Notes: generated by a model from the letters alone, not told the origin. Positions 1 through 9,519 are shown, counted from the stretch's first letter. The stretch: DNA of 64,000 nt from Anaerolineae bacterium (GCA_007123775.1 SLGK01000001.1:2120-66119); one strand, 5' to 3'. Made by a program: numbers and translations.

Positions 1-63
1 TTTTCGTAAGCCATCTTCCGTTAATAAATGTGGTTTGTTTAGAGCCATGTTGCCCCCAATATA

Positions 64-92
64 ACGAAAAATACCACGAAAAGGCGTGGTAT
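64..92 (-). terminator. Rho-independent terminator candidate downstream of the 201..2675 gene
   Basis: Perfect 8-bp stem ATACCACG/CGTGGTAT (71-78 / 85-92) with a 6-nt loop. Read on the minus strand it is followed directly by a T-run (A-run 67-70 on plus). Confidence 0.55.
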
Positions 93-200
93 CTTCCAGA
101 GTTTTTTATGTAGAGCCAGGATTATACCAAATAAAGAATTATTGTAAAGAGCAAGATCAACGGCGAGAATGACGGCGTTTTGGCAGCGGCTACGCCGTTC

Positions 201-2675
201 TTACGGCTCTACGGACAGCTCAACGATGGGCAAACTCTCGGCAGCGGGCGTCCCTACCAATTCGAGACGTTCGCCAGTCTGCCAGTTGTAAAAGCCGGTC
301 AGGAGCTGGTAGTTACCAGGGGGCGCGTCGGCCGGAACGGGAATGGCGTAGCGAGCCATGACGTAGTCGCCAATCGACCAATGCGCCATCGGATAGACAC
401 CCCGACAGGGATCGCCATCGTCCTGCCCCCACAGCGGCCCGCCGGTAGCGGAATTGAAGGCCGGACCCAACAGGTGATTGAAAGCGCTGATACGGCCGTC
501 TTGCGCCTCATCCACCCGATAATAGAGCGAGAAAAAAAGTATTTCCCCGGCCTGAACGGAAATCGCTGGCGGGTCAAAGCCGAGCAGGGTCAGACCATTG
601 GGCCATACGGCCGTTGCCGGTTGCGCTGGCTGCCATGCCTGAGCGGCCAGCCGGGGTGCCGCATACCCCAGATGATAAGGCGGCGGTTCAGGCAGCCACC
701 TTTCTGTTACCAGGCCGGTCCAGGGGAACAGGCTGGTAAGTTCGGGCAGCGGCGGCCGGCCCTCTGGCGGCAAGAAGGCCAGCAGATATTCATCCTCTGG
801 CGGCAAAACGGCACAGCCTGTGCCCGGATAAGCGGCCAGTCCGGTAGCCACATCGCCAGCCGCTACCGGCGCGTGGTCCGGCGGCGCATAATGGAGATAG
901 AGTGGCTCTGCCGGCCAAACCTGCCACAACAGTTCTTCCACGACGGCCGCCCGCGCCAGGTCAATCTCCAGGTTGCTGCGCGGCTCATCGTCGCCCCGGC
1001 TGGCTGGCCAGGGCCGGGTTTCACAGTCAGCGATCATGGCAGCCGTTAAAGTGCGCGCACCAAGCACTACCTTGTTGTCAGCCACCAGCTTGACGTTAGG
1101 CTGGAAACATTCCACGTAGCCCACCGGCGGGTAACGCTCGTGGGCCATACGGCGAAACAAGTCCGGGTCCACCGGATTTTGGGCCACCACGCGATCATTT
1201 AAGCCGTAGGTGTCGATAAAATTCACGGTAGGCAGCACCCAGGCCGGCACGCCAACCGGCCCGACGACAAGCACGGGATGCGTTTCGGGCGCAACCAGCA
1301 GACCCATCTCGCGGGGCGGATAGATAGCAACCTGATGCTCGTAAAATGCCTTGTGCTCTTGATGGCGCATGCCCACGTGGTGGGGAATTAGCCAGGCTTG
1401 CAGGCTATCAAACAGTTGGGTGTAAGGCTGCATCACGGCCGGAAAGTAGGGTGTCACCGGCACCACCATGACGTAGGTGTCCTCGCGGCTGGTCAGCTCG
1501 CGCGTCGCGGCCCAATGGGTCCACGGTATGGGGATTGCACTTAGAATGATGAGCGCCAGCATAAGGAGTGTCTGGCTGGCCGTAGCCGCCAGCGCATTGA
1601 GCAGCCAGACGGCCGTTAACAAGAGCAACGGGATTAGATGGCTGTATACCCGGTATTCAAAGAAGTCGCCGCCAATCAGAAACGTGTAGTAACTCAGGTG
1701 GGCCAACAAGACACCTACCGCGGCTAAGGTTACGGGCCAATGGGTGTCAAAAAGCAGCCGGTCGGGCCTGTGGCGCAGGCTGTGCGTAAAGCTGCGGGCC
1801 TGGCGCAACAGAAAGATCAAGACCAACGCCAGCCAAAACCATAGTGCGTATTCCAGGATAAAGGAGAGCAGGTAGCGAGCGCCGCTTGCCGGCCAGTAGG
1901 CCACCGACTTGGCCGCGTGGGTATTGGGCAGCCAGGCGTCGTAGGTCTGCCAGCGCCACAGAAAGTGAACGGCCGTAATGAGAAAGGGCGACAGGGGCGC
2001 AATATATTGGCGCAGGAGGTGGCCACGGTCTAGCTGACGAAAACGGCCGTCGTACCAGAGCCGCAACAGGCGCAGACCACCTAAAAGGAGAGTCGCCGCT
2101 ACCATTAGCAGACCGTCGGGCCGGGTCAGAGCCGTCAGAACGGCCGTAATAGAAAGCCAGGTCTGCCAGCGGGCCGTATAGCGGGGCAAGAAGAACAGCG
2201 CGTACAGCCAGGCCATCACCCAAAAGTTGAACATGGCCGTTTCCAGGCCGGAACTGCTCCACATGAGAAAGGTGCGGTTGGTCAACAGGCCCAGCAGCAG
2301 GAGTCCAACCAAACCCAATCGAACCCGGTCCAGAAACGGCCGTAGCGCCATCTGCCACAACATGGCCACGCTAAGCAGCAGCGAGCCGTAGGTAAAACCG
2401 AGTGAAATCAGGTTAGCCGACGCCGGCGGGGCCACGCCAGTCAAACGCCATACCAGGTCGAGCAAAATCACCCACAGAAAGCTGGTATACCCTTCTACCG
2501 GTCGAAACGGCGGCAAGTTCCAGGTATAGCCATAGCCGAGGTAGCTATTGCTCACATAGCGAAAGGCGATAAACGCATCATCGGTTAGAAACCAATACGC
2601 CTGCCACCCAACCCACAATCCGGCGGCAGCGGCCACCAATAGAAGGAACAATGTCCACGTTTGACGTCTGCTCAT
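201..2675 (-). CDS. Polytopic membrane protein, GT-C-fold glycosyl/arabinofuranosyl-transferase-like, with large soluble C-terminal domain
   Basis: 836-aa ORF from a TTG at 2711; the ATG at 2675 (MSRRQTW...) is preferred. The N-terminal ~480 aa has many hydrophobic helices with an early loop motif TDDAFIAFRY typical of GT-C enzymes, followed by a ~330-aa non-membrane domain. Confidence 0.65.
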   Translation of the reverse strand: MSRRQTWTLFLLLVAAAAGLWVGWQAYWFLTDDAFIAFRYVSNSYLGYGYTWNLPPFRPVEGYTSFLWVILLDLVWRLTGVAPPASANLISLGFTYGSLLLSVAMLWQMALRPFLDRVRLGLVGLLLLGLLTNRTFLMWSSSGLETAMFNFWVMAWLYALFFLPRYTARWQTWLSITAVLTALTRPDGLLMVAATLLLGGLRLLRLWYDGRFRQLDRGHLLRQYIAPLSPFLITAVHFLWRWQTYDAWLPNTHAAKSVAYWPASGARYLLSFILEYALWFWLALVLIFLLRQARSFTHSLRHRPDRLLFDTHWPVTLAAVGVLLAHLSYYTFLIGGDFFEYRVYSHLIPLLLLTAVWLLNALAATASQTLLMLALIILSAIPIPWTHWAATRELTSREDTYVMVVPVTPYFPAVMQPYTQLFDSLQAWLIPHHVGMRHQEHKAFYEHQVAIYPPREMGLLVAPETHPVLVVGPVGVPAWVLPTVNFIDTYGLNDRVVAQNPVDPDLFRRMAHERYPPVGYVECFQPNVKLVADNKVVLGARTLTAAMIADCETRPWPASRGDDEPRSNLEIDLARAAVVEELLWQVWPAEPLYLHYAPPDHAPVAAGDVATGLAAYPGTGCAVLPPEDEYLLAFLPPEGRPPLPELTSLFPWTGLVTERWLPEPPPYHLGYAAPRLAAQAWQPAQPATAVWPNGLTLLGFDPPAISVQAGEILFFSLYYRVDEAQDGRISAFNHLLGPAFNSATGGPLWGQDDGDPCRGVYPMAHWSIGDYVMARYAIPVPADAPPGNYQLLTGFYNWQTGERLELVGTPAAESLPIVELSVEP

Positions 2676-2756
2676 GGTTGGTATTATGGCACTGGGAAAA
2701 AGGAGGAGCAAACTGGGTGCCCGAAGTAATCTGGGGAAGACACCCCCAAAGGTAAA

Positions 2757-2782
2757 GGGCCAATCTTTGTCGAGATTGGCCC
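2757..2782 (-). terminator. Hairpin GGGCCAATCT-N6-AGATTGGCCC, possible terminator after the RNA-ligase gene
   Basis: Perfect 10-bp inverted repeat (2757-2766 / 2773-2782). On the minus strand it is followed by a weak T-rich tract (TTTACCTTT). It shares the CCAATCT/AGATTGG core with the palindromes at 50391-50425. Confidence 0.35.
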
Positions 2783-2970
2783 CTTGCCTGGAGAAAACGC
2801 GATTTCAGCAAAAGCAGGGTTTTATGTTAGCTGCGATTTATGATGCTTTTGCTTTAAGTGATCCACACTTGAAGCATAAAACCAATGGCTTACAAATCGC
2901 GTTACAATTTCTGATGAAAACTGATTTGCCTGGCAATCCGTAAAATTCCTGGTGTCAGTACAAGCCTAAA

Positions 2971-4137
2971 TCAGTGACCACCAAACATTTCCTGGACGGC
3001 ATTGTAAACCCAGCTCATCTGGTTTTTGGGGTAATGCTGGGAGAGGTAACGCATGAGCGTGCCCGTATCCCCCGGTTCAATACCGGCATCAGCTACTAGC
3101 TGTCTTAGCCACGCTTTCTTTTGCAGTTCCAGCAAGAATTCCTGAAAAACCCGCTCAATCAGGTCGGCTGCCATCTCGATCCGCTCTGGCTCAAAATCGA
3201 CCTCTAATGCTTCGTGAACGTCGGAGATGGCGCCACTGTCGAAGTCGTAGCCGTTTTCCAGCATTTTGTAGAGGGCTTGCTCAATGTTGGCTTTACTGAC
3301 GTTGTTGTCGGCCGTCCAGTGAATTTCTTCGATGGAGGGGGGCTTGCATTTGTAATAAACGGCCGTATCCACCGTAGAGAGCATCAATATCGTCCCTTCT
3401 GCCAAATAGACATCCGCGCCCGCCGCCTGGTTGCGAGCTTCCATTTCGGCCTGCAGGCGGCGGTAGGCGCGGGCCAGGTCGTCGGGGTTGGGTTCGGCCG
3501 TTTCCACCGTTGGGATCAATTCCAAACCGTAGCGCGTGGCAATATCCAGCAGGCGGCGGTAGCTGACCGGTTTTTTGTGGCGAACGGCCGTGTGCAGCGT
3601 CAGCTTCAATGGCACGTCATACTGCACCAGATGGGGATTGCGGTAGCCCCACAGCTCAAAGATCAGCGTTGTCTTCTGTGCCCGCACCGCCTCCTCGACC
3701 GGCGTCCGGTCGGGCAGAACGTCGGCCAGCAGCGCGTTCCAATCCCCCCAACGGCTAGGGGTCAGCACCGGCTGCAGGCGGGTGCGCGGAATCACTTCCA
3801 GTACGTTGCCCGCTTTGTCGGTCAGGGGATAAAAGATAACGGCCGTGCCGTCCAGCTTGAGGGTAAAGCGGGCATCTACCACGTTTTGGGCCACCGGCAC
3901 GACCACCCGCACCGTGCCATCGCGGTCCTGGTGGTAGGGGTAGTGGATTTTGGGCATGGCGTAGACAAATTCCAGCCGTGACTCACCCGCCATTTCAGTG
4001 ATGGCCAGCATTCCCAGCTTCGCGCTTTCCTGGCGACAGACGTAGCCGGCAAAGGGGATGCCGCCAGGGGAAACGACGTTAAACGCCTGCCACTGTCGGG
4101 CGGACACTTCGGTGATAGATACAATTTGATCGAGCAT
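2971..4137 (-). CDS. ATP-dependent RNA ligase-like covalent nucleotidyltransferase
   Basis: Ligase motifs in the right order: I FTLKLDGTAV (KxDG adenylylation lysine), III LIFELWG, IV AEGTILM, V YYKCKP. The ORF-track N-terminus (4138-4251) reads through a heptamer array, so the ATG at 4137 (MLDQIVS) is used. Confidence 0.7.
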   Translation of the reverse strand: MLDQIVSITEVSARQWQAFNVVSPGGIPFAGYVCRQESAKLGMLAITEMAGESRLEFVYAMPKIHYPYHQDRDGTVRVVVPVAQNVVDARFTLKLDGTAVIFYPLTDKAGNVLEVIPRTRLQPVLTPSRWGDWNALLADVLPDRTPVEEAVRAQKTTLIFELWGYRNPHLVQYDVPLKLTLHTAVRHKKPVSYRRLLDIATRYGLELIPTVETAEPNPDDLARAYRRLQAEMEARNQAAGADVYLAEGTILMLSTVDTAVYYKCKPPSIEEIHWTADNNVSKANIEQALYKMLENGYDFDSGAISDVHEALEVDFEPERIEMAADLIERVFQEFLLELQKKAWLRQLVADAGIEPGDTGTLMRYLSQHYPKNQMSWVYNAVQEMFGGH

Positions 4138-4187
4138 GGTGATACCTTGGGGACTATTATCGTGGAAACGGCCGTTTGTGCCAAATG

Positions 4188-4242
4188 GTGCGAGTAGCGA
4201 GTGGTGGGTAGCGAGTGGCGGGTAGCGAGTAGCGAGTGGTGC
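4188..4242. repeat. Heptamer tandem array (GCGAGTA/GCGAGTG/GTGGGTA family), about 7.5 units
   Basis: gcgagta gcgagtg gtgggta gcgagtg gcgggta gcgagta gcgagtg, read directly between the methyltransferase stop and the RNA-ligase start. Confidence 0.9.
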
Positions 4243-4260
4243 CGGACACACGGACCGATA

Positions 4261-4929
4261 TTAAACCTCATCTCTCCGAGCCACAATAATGGCTACCGGC
4301 AGTCCCCACATGGACAGCCGGGACTGACTTTGAATCGTGAAGCCCGCTTTTTCTAGCTCTGTGTGAGCATAAATAGGGCGACAGTCCACTAAAACGGGCA
4401 GCCTGTCATGGAACCACTCATAAACACGAACGGCCGTTTTTGGCTCTTTGACCATGGAGACGACGACGATACGGCCGTTTGGTCGGAGAGCAGCATGAAT
4501 TTGCTCCAAAACAAGTGGGATTTCCGGGGTATCGAACAGTTCAAGGGTAAAGCTCATAAACAGCGCATCAAAACGGCCGTGGCTAAAAGGCAGTTGTGCC
4601 CCGTCTCCCACCTGCAACGATACTCGCTCTGCCAGACCCGCTTCTTGCACACGCTCCTGGGTAACGGCCGCCATTCCCGCCGATATATCCAGCCCATAGA
4701 CGTGTCCATCCGGCCCCACGGCCTGAGCCAGACTCACAATGGCGTGCCCGGTGCCGCAGCCAATCTCCAATATTTGCTCACCCTCGCGGGCCGCCAATGC
4801 TTGCAAACCAAGATTGCGGTATTTCTTCTCACTGGCCCCCACGAGCCAATCATACCAGCCGCTCAGGCGATCATAGTTGGCTTTAGCTTCTTTCTTGGTA
4901 CGGGTCACTGCTCTAATAGGGTTGTCCAT
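4261..4929 (-). CDS. Class I SAM-dependent methyltransferase (UbiE/Methyltransf_11-like)
   Basis: Motif I ILEIGCGTGH, post-I acidic residue (YGLDIS), and 222-aa size typical of small-molecule or RNA class I methyltransferases. Confidence 0.85.
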   Translation of the reverse strand: MDNPIRAVTRTKKEAKANYDRLSGWYDWLVGASEKKYRNLGLQALAAREGEQILEIGCGTGHAIVSLAQAVGPDGHVYGLDISAGMAAVTQERVQEAGLAERVSLQVGDGAQLPFSHGRFDALFMSFTLELFDTPEIPLVLEQIHAALRPNGRIVVVSMVKEPKTAVRVYEWFHDRLPVLVDCRPIYAHTELEKAGFTIQSQSRLSMWGLPVAIIVARRDEV

Positions 4930-5132
4930 TCTGGTGGGTGGTGCAAATCATGGTCCATTACGGTCGTGGTTATCCTAAACCGTTCAGCCCGTGCCGTGTA
5001 CTGCGCCACCCGGAACCTTTCACCCTATTGGATTCTCTCGTATAATAGACAAACATAGGACGAATTACGAGTTACGAATGGTAGGTTGTAATGGAAGCGG
5101 CCGTTTTACAACGGTCATGATGGAGAAAACTG

Positions 5133-5483
5133 ATGACAGTACAGTATGTCACAACAGTACAGTATGTCACAAACGAACAGGGTAGGCAAGTTGGTGTTTT
5201 GCTGGATATGGCATTATATCGTTGGTTGACCTCTGAGCAAACAACCGACCCAGACTTGCTCATAGGGATGACCACTGCCGAACTTGAGGCATTAGCCGAA
5301 AGTAAGTTGGCACCTGATGTCCAGGAAAAAATTAGCGATCTGCTGGCTGTGCAACAGGCAGACACCCTGTCCGCCGCCCAAGAAGTAGAATTAGACCGTT
5401 TGCTGAGTCACATCGACCAGCTTACCATACTGAAAACACGTGCCCGCTACACGTTGGCCCAGCAACAGGCCATGACGCGATGA
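5133..5483 (+). CDS. Hypothetical small protein translationally coupled to the HNH gene
   Basis: 116-aa ORF whose stop overlaps the next start (ATGA at 5480-5483). The N-terminus carries a perfect 18-bp tandem duplication (TVQYVT x2). Confidence 0.55.
   Translation: MTVQYVTTVQYVTNEQGRQVGVLLDMALYRWLTSEQTTDPDLLIGMTTAELEALAESKLAPDVQEKISDLLAVQQADTLSAAQEVELDRLLSHIDQLTILKTRARYTLAQQQAMTR
5136..5171 (+). repeat. Perfect 18-bp tandem duplication inside the CDS
   Basis: acagtacagtatgtcaca occurs twice back to back (5136-5153 and 5154-5171). Confidence 0.95.
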
Positions 5484-5897
5484 GTGCTTACGTACCCGTT
5501 GGATTACAAAGGCACATACGAGAGCAATTTGCTAATTGCTGCGCCTATTGTCACACGGCCGAAAATTTAACCGTTGCGATTTTTGAGTTTGAGCACATCG
5601 TGCCGCGTATGGCCGGAGGCAAAACGGTTGCGGCTAAACTTTGCCTGGCCTGCCCCACGTGCAATCGGTACAAAGCAACTCGCCAGGCATTCGCGGATAC
5701 TGTTACGAACCATGTTTCATCCGCAACGTCAAAAATGGACAGAACACTTTGCGTGGGATGAGACAGCTACCAGGTTGACCGGTTTAACGGCAACTGGTCG
5801 GGCCACAATTGCCGCTCTGCACATGAATCGGGAACAGCTTGTCCGAGTGCGTCGCATGTGGGTCACACTGGGCAAGCATCCGCCTAGAATAAAATGA
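5480..5897 (+). pseudogene. HNH endonuclease, split by a frameshift near 5700-5715
   Basis: Frame A (5480-5761) carries CCAYCH...FEFEHIVP...CPTCNRYK (HNH/zinc-finger core). Frame B (5574-5897) continues with FHPQRQKWTEHFAWDE...GLTATGRATIAALHMNR...LGKHPP, the usual C-terminal half of this family. The two halves join only with a 1-nt shift. Confidence 0.65.
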
Positions 5898-6025
5898 CAC
5901 CGTTGCAGGCAGCGCCAGACACGGGTTGGCCGGATCTTGTTTAGCCAAAACCGTTCGGTAAATGACCAATAATAGTCTACGGTCATTGCTCACATGACCG
6001 TTCTCTGGCATAATTTCCTCCGTTT

Positions 6026-6238
6026 ATGAACGAATCATTTGTCATCACCAAACGGCTGCTCGGCCTCGGCTTCATCCTGCTGGGAGGCGCAGCCATTGTG
6101 GGCATGTTGGCCCTCAACCTGCTCGGCCTCACCGCTCACAGCGGCATCGGTCCCGCCCAGCAGCGGGCTATGCTGGCGGCGGCTGTGGTGGTCGTGGTGG
6201 GAGTTACTTTATTGCCGTTGAGTAACCGTGAAACGTAA
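6026..6238 (+). CDS. Small hydrophobic membrane protein (hypothetical)
   Basis: 70-aa ORF with two hydrophobic helices. No recognisable motif. Confidence 0.4.
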   Translation: MNESFVITKRLLGLGFILLGGAAIVGMLALNLLGLTAHSGIGPAQQRAMLAAAVVVVVGVTLLPLSNRET

Positions 6239-6305
6239 AGCGTAAAACGTAAGGCGTAAAACGTAATTAACCCCTTACGCATTACGCATTACTTTTTACG
6301 CATTA
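6229..6305. repeat. Inverted pair of heptamer arrays (CGTAAAG/CGTAAAA/CGTAAGG versus TTACGCA)
   Basis: Left arm 6230-6266, loop ttaacccc, right arm 6275-6305. The arms are partly complementary through the TTACG/CGTAA core. Confidence 0.85.
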
Positions 6306-6310
6306 TCACC

Positions 6311-7984
6311 ATGCCATTCATCAAACAAGAAAACCAATCCCCCCTCATCTGGCTGCCGCGACTGTTGCTGGTGCTGGCACTGCTGGCCTTTGTAGGCTAT
6401 TTTATCGTTTATGCTATTTACGCCTTTGCCCTGTTCCAGTTCCCCTTCGACTATGACCAGGGCGAAGGCTTTGAGCTGATGGATACGTTGCTGTTCAGTC
6501 AGGGGGAATGGCCCTACCGCAACATCGACGAATATCCCTTCTACTCTTCCAACTACCCACCCCTCTTTCACGTGGTGATTGTGCCGCTGGTTTGGCTGTT
6601 TGGGCCGCAGTATTGGACGGGGCGGCTGGTTTCTTACCTGGGCACGCTGATTACGGCGGCGGCCATTGGCTATGCGGTACAGCGCTACGGCCGTCGCTGG
6701 TGGCTGTCGGTGCTGTGCGGGCTGGCCTTTCTGGCCTCCAACTACGTCTACCAGGTGGGGCCGCTGTTCCGGCAGCACATGTTCATGGTGATGTTTGAGA
6801 CGCTGGCGGTGGTGCTGCTGGCGCTGACGGTAGATCGGGAAGAAAAGGAAGGCAGGCGGTTCAACGGCCGTTTCCTCATTGTCATGCTCCTTCTACTTTC
6901 TGCTGGCTACACGAAGCAATTGGCTTATGCCACCGTCGCCGCTGTTTTCATCTTTCTCTTTTTGCGTCAGCCCAAACGGGCCGTGCTGTGGGCCGTGCCC
7001 TTTGCGGCCGTGACCGGCCTGATTTACCTCTGGATCGATTGGGCCACCAACGGCATGTGGACGCTCAATACCATCACGGCCAACGTTAATCCCATCGTGC
7101 CCGGCCAGATGGAAGGGCTGTACCGGCAGTGGTTCCGGCTGCACATGATCATTACCGTGGTGGCCGCGCTGTATGCCTTTTACCAACTGTACCAGGAGCG
7201 GCTGTCCCTTTTTACGGTCTGGTTTGGGCTGGCAGTGGTCAATGCGGCTACGTCTGGCACCTGGGGTGCGGGGGCGTCCTACTTTACTACGGCCATTGCC
7301 GCCAGTTGTATTCTGACCGGCCTGGCTTTCGGCCGCCTGCTCAACTGGCTGGAGCGGCATCAGGATGATCGCTTTTTGCCGGTGACATTTTACGGCCGTA
7401 TCTGGCAGCTCCCCAAGCCAGCCGGCCCGCTCTTGCCCATCGGTGCCTACAGCCTGGTGGCCATACTCTTTCTGATGCAGGCGGACCGGATGTTCCACAT
7501 GCCCACCCACACCCCTACCCTGGAACGAATTGCTGAATTGTTGGGGAAGGAAACGGCCGTTTACATCTCCCCTCAAACCTCCTGCTCTGCCCCACGTCCG
7601 CCAGAACGCATACCGTATGTTGATTCGGCCGGCGTGTCGCTGCTGGGCCGGCCGCCCAACGCTGCCGACACCGCCGCCGGTCGGCAGATTGTGGCCTTGA
7701 TTGCTGAGGGAGAAACGGCCGCTTTTGCCGAAGACGCCGGTTTTAATTTATACCTGGGCCGGGATGTGGTCACCAATCCCACCCAACTGCTCAACCTCTA
7801 CCATTACGGCGCGGTAGACCTGACCGAGATGCTGGGTATGCTAGATCGGCAGGAATTTGACACGGTGGTTTTGCGCGCCCAATTCTATCCGCCGCCGGTG
7901 CTGGATATGATCGGCCAGCGCTATGAGACGACCGACCTGGTGCAGATGAACGGCTTTGTTTATTGCGTGATGCGGCCGAGATAG
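6311..7984 (+). CDS. GT-C-fold membrane glycosyltransferase (ArnT/PMT_2-like)
   Basis: 557 aa with about 10 hydrophobic helices. Acidic first-loop motif FDYDQGEGFE after TM1 and a soluble C-terminal ~150 aa. Confidence 0.7.
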   Translation: MPFIKQENQSPLIWLPRLLLVLALLAFVGYFIVYAIYAFALFQFPFDYDQGEGFELMDTLLFSQGEWPYRNIDEYPFYSSNYPPLFHVVIVPLVWLFGPQYWTGRLVSYLGTLITAAAIGYAVQRYGRRWWLSVLCGLAFLASNYVYQVGPLFRQHMFMVMFETLAVVLLALTVDREEKEGRRFNGRFLIVMLLLLSAGYTKQLAYATVAAVFIFLFLRQPKRAVLWAVPFAAVTGLIYLWIDWATNGMWTLNTITANVNPIVPGQMEGLYRQWFRLHMIITVVAALYAFYQLYQERLSLFTVWFGLAVVNAATSGTWGAGASYFTTAIAASCILTGLAFGRLLNWLERHQDDRFLPVTFYGRIWQLPKPAGPLLPIGAYSLVAILFLMQADRMFHMPTHTPTLERIAELLGKETAVYISPQTSCSAPRPPERIPYVDSAGVSLLGRPPNAADTAAGRQIVALIAEGETAAFAEDAGFNLYLGRDVVTNPTQLLNLYHYGAVDLTEMLGMLDRQEFDTVVLRAQFYPPPVLDMIGQRYETTDLVQMNGFVYCVMRPR

Positions 7985-8011
7985 TTGATAGTTGACGGTT
8001 GATAGTTATGG
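7984..8011. repeat. Heptamer array GTTGATA/GTTGACG/GTTGATA/GTTATGG
   Basis: Four phased heptamers between the stop at 7982-7984 and the scpA ATG. The last unit contains the ATG at 8008. Confidence 0.8.
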
Positions 8012-8730
8012 GTAATTACACGATTGATTTGCCACTATTCTCCGGGCCGCTGGACTTGCTGCTCCATTTGATTGAGCGGCAGGAGCTGGACATTACGGCT
8101 ATATCGCTGACGCAGGTGACAGCCCAATATCTGGCACAGATTGAGCAGTTGAAACAAAATCGGCTGGAGAATCTGATTGACTTTTTGGTGGTAGGCGCCC
8201 GGCTGACGGTGATCAAAAGCCGGGCACTGCTGCCAGAAACACTCACTTTTGCCGGGGACGAAGAGGAAGAAGAAGACCCGGCCGAGGCGTTGATCAGGCA
8301 GTTGAAGCAGTATAAGCGGTTTAAGGAGGCGGCCACCTGGCTGCATGGACGGGAGGAGCAGGGCTGGCGCACCTATTTGCGCGTGGCACCGCCGCCCAAA
8401 GTGGAGAAGCAGCTTGATTTGTCGGGGGTGACGGTGCAGACATTGTACACGGCCGTTCTCGATCTCCTCATCCGCCTTTCTGACCAGGAAGAGAGTGTGA
8501 GTCTGGTCAAACCGCGCCGCATCACCATCGAGCAGCAGCTTGGTCGGCTGCGCTACCGGTTGAAACAACAACGGCCGTTTCTTTTCCACGACCTGCTTTC
8601 GTCCCAACGGGATCGCACCGAGCTATCCGTTACCCTACTGGCCTTACTCGAGCTAATCAAGCGGCAAGAAGCCATCGCCCACCAGCCCGTCATGTTCGGC
8701 CCCATCGAAATTCGCCCCCCAGAAGTGTAG
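8008..8730 (+). CDS. scpA: Segregation and condensation protein A (kleisin)
   Basis: N-terminal FSGPLDLLLHLIERQELDITAISLTQVTAQYL is the ScpA signature; acidic linker EEEEED; size about 240 aa. The ATG at 8008 is preferred over the TTG at 7999. Confidence 0.9.
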   Translation: MGNYTIDLPLFSGPLDLLLHLIERQELDITAISLTQVTAQYLAQIEQLKQNRLENLIDFLVVGARLTVIKSRALLPETLTFAGDEEEEEDPAEALIRQLKQYKRFKEAATWLHGREEQGWRTYLRVAPPPKVEKQLDLSGVTVQTLYTAVLDLLIRLSDQEESVSLVKPRRITIEQQLGRLRYRLKQQRPFLFHDLLSSQRDRTELSVTLLALLELIKRQEAIAHQPVMFGPIEIRPPEV

Positions 8731-8798
8731 AGTGTAGAGATAGAGATAGAGATAGAGGACACGCACTACCACTCTATCTCTACACTCTATACTCTATC
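8725..8798. repeat. Inverted pair of short tandem arrays (GTGTAGA x2 plus GATAGA x3 versus CTCTATC/TCTACAC)
   Basis: Left arm 8725-8757, right arm 8772-8798, between convergent scpA and the VanZ-like gene. Both gene ends lie inside the arms. Confidence 0.85.
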
Positions 8799-9121
8799 TT
8801 TGAGGTGACCCAAGCTGCCAGACCGCCCAGGCAGTCGATGACCACATCGACCACGTTACCGTCGCGGCCGGGGATGAAGGTTTGGTGGTACTCGTCGCTG
8901 ATGGCGTAAACGGCCGTTAGCAGCAGCGCCCGATCCCATCGCCCCAGCGCGAAGTGGGCCAGCCAGGCCAGGATAAAATAGGCGACAAAATGCGCCCCCT
9001 TTTTTACCAGCAAATCAATTGCGCCAAATTGGGGAATCTCACCGGCAGGTTGATGGGAAAAATAGAAGATGACCCCCATCCAGACCAGCAGAGGCAGCCA
9101 GCGCCAGATAGCTACCACCAC
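8780..9121 (-). CDS. VanZ-like family membrane protein
   Basis: KKGAHFVAYFILAWL and DEYHQTFIPGRDGNVVDVVIDCLGG are typical VanZ motifs. 113 aa with 4 helices. Confidence 0.85.
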   Translation of the reverse strand: MVVAIWRWLPLLVWMGVIFYFSHQPAGEIPQFGAIDLLVKKGAHFVAYFILAWLAHFALGRWDRALLLTAVYAISDEYHQTFIPGRDGNVVDVVIDCLGGLAAWVTSKIEYRV

Positions 9122-9519
9122 TGCTGTTCTTTGCCGAACTGCATGATCAGATAGCCGGCTCCGGCTATTAGCAGTAAGGGAATGAGGCCATAAATGAAGG
9201 CAAAGCCACCGAAACGGAGCAGGAAAAGGAGGCCCAAAATAAACGCCCCCCAGTAAAACCAGCGGCGACGGCTAGAACTTCCTTCGGCCGGCAAATCCTC
9301 GTTGCGGGTTTTGGCGGCACTAATGCACGCCTGCCGATTGCCCACCCGCAGCACATCGCCACTCAGGGTCCATTGGCAGCCACAAAGCTCGCACTGATAA
9401 CAGGTGCGGGCCGGTTGGCCGGTCTCATAATCGGTACGCTCTAACACGCGACCACCGCAATGGTCACAATCAAAACCGCTGTCGTTCCAGTTGGTCTCAA
9501 TGTCTATGCCCATACCCAA
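9112..9519 (-). CDS. Zinc-ribbon protein with C-terminal membrane anchor (hypothetical)
   Basis: CDHCGG...CYQCELCGC gives two CxxC pairs, followed by two hydrophobic helices. Overlaps the VanZ-like start by 10 nt. Confidence 0.55.
   Translation of the reverse strand: MGMGIDIETNWNDSGFDCDHCGGRVLERTDYETGQPARTCYQCELCGCQWTLSGDVLRVGNRQACISAAKTRNEDLPAEGSSSRRRWFYWGAFILGLLFLLRFGGFAFIYGLIPLLLIAGAGYLIMQFGKEQQWW

Noticed and set aside
180-1049. Long plus-strand ORF (289 aa) and many similar long ORFs antisense to real genes, for example 3214-3981, 6893-7576, 13964-14695, 14703-15566, 17638-18351, 18972-19739, 20689-21504, 26988-27623, 46588-47373, 48442-49116, 51353-52060
   Set aside because: Each is fully embedded opposite a gene with clear family motifs. 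Their translations are Arg/Gly/Pro/Ala-rich low-complexity strings typical of shadow ORFs in GC-rich DNA, and none has a recognisable motif.
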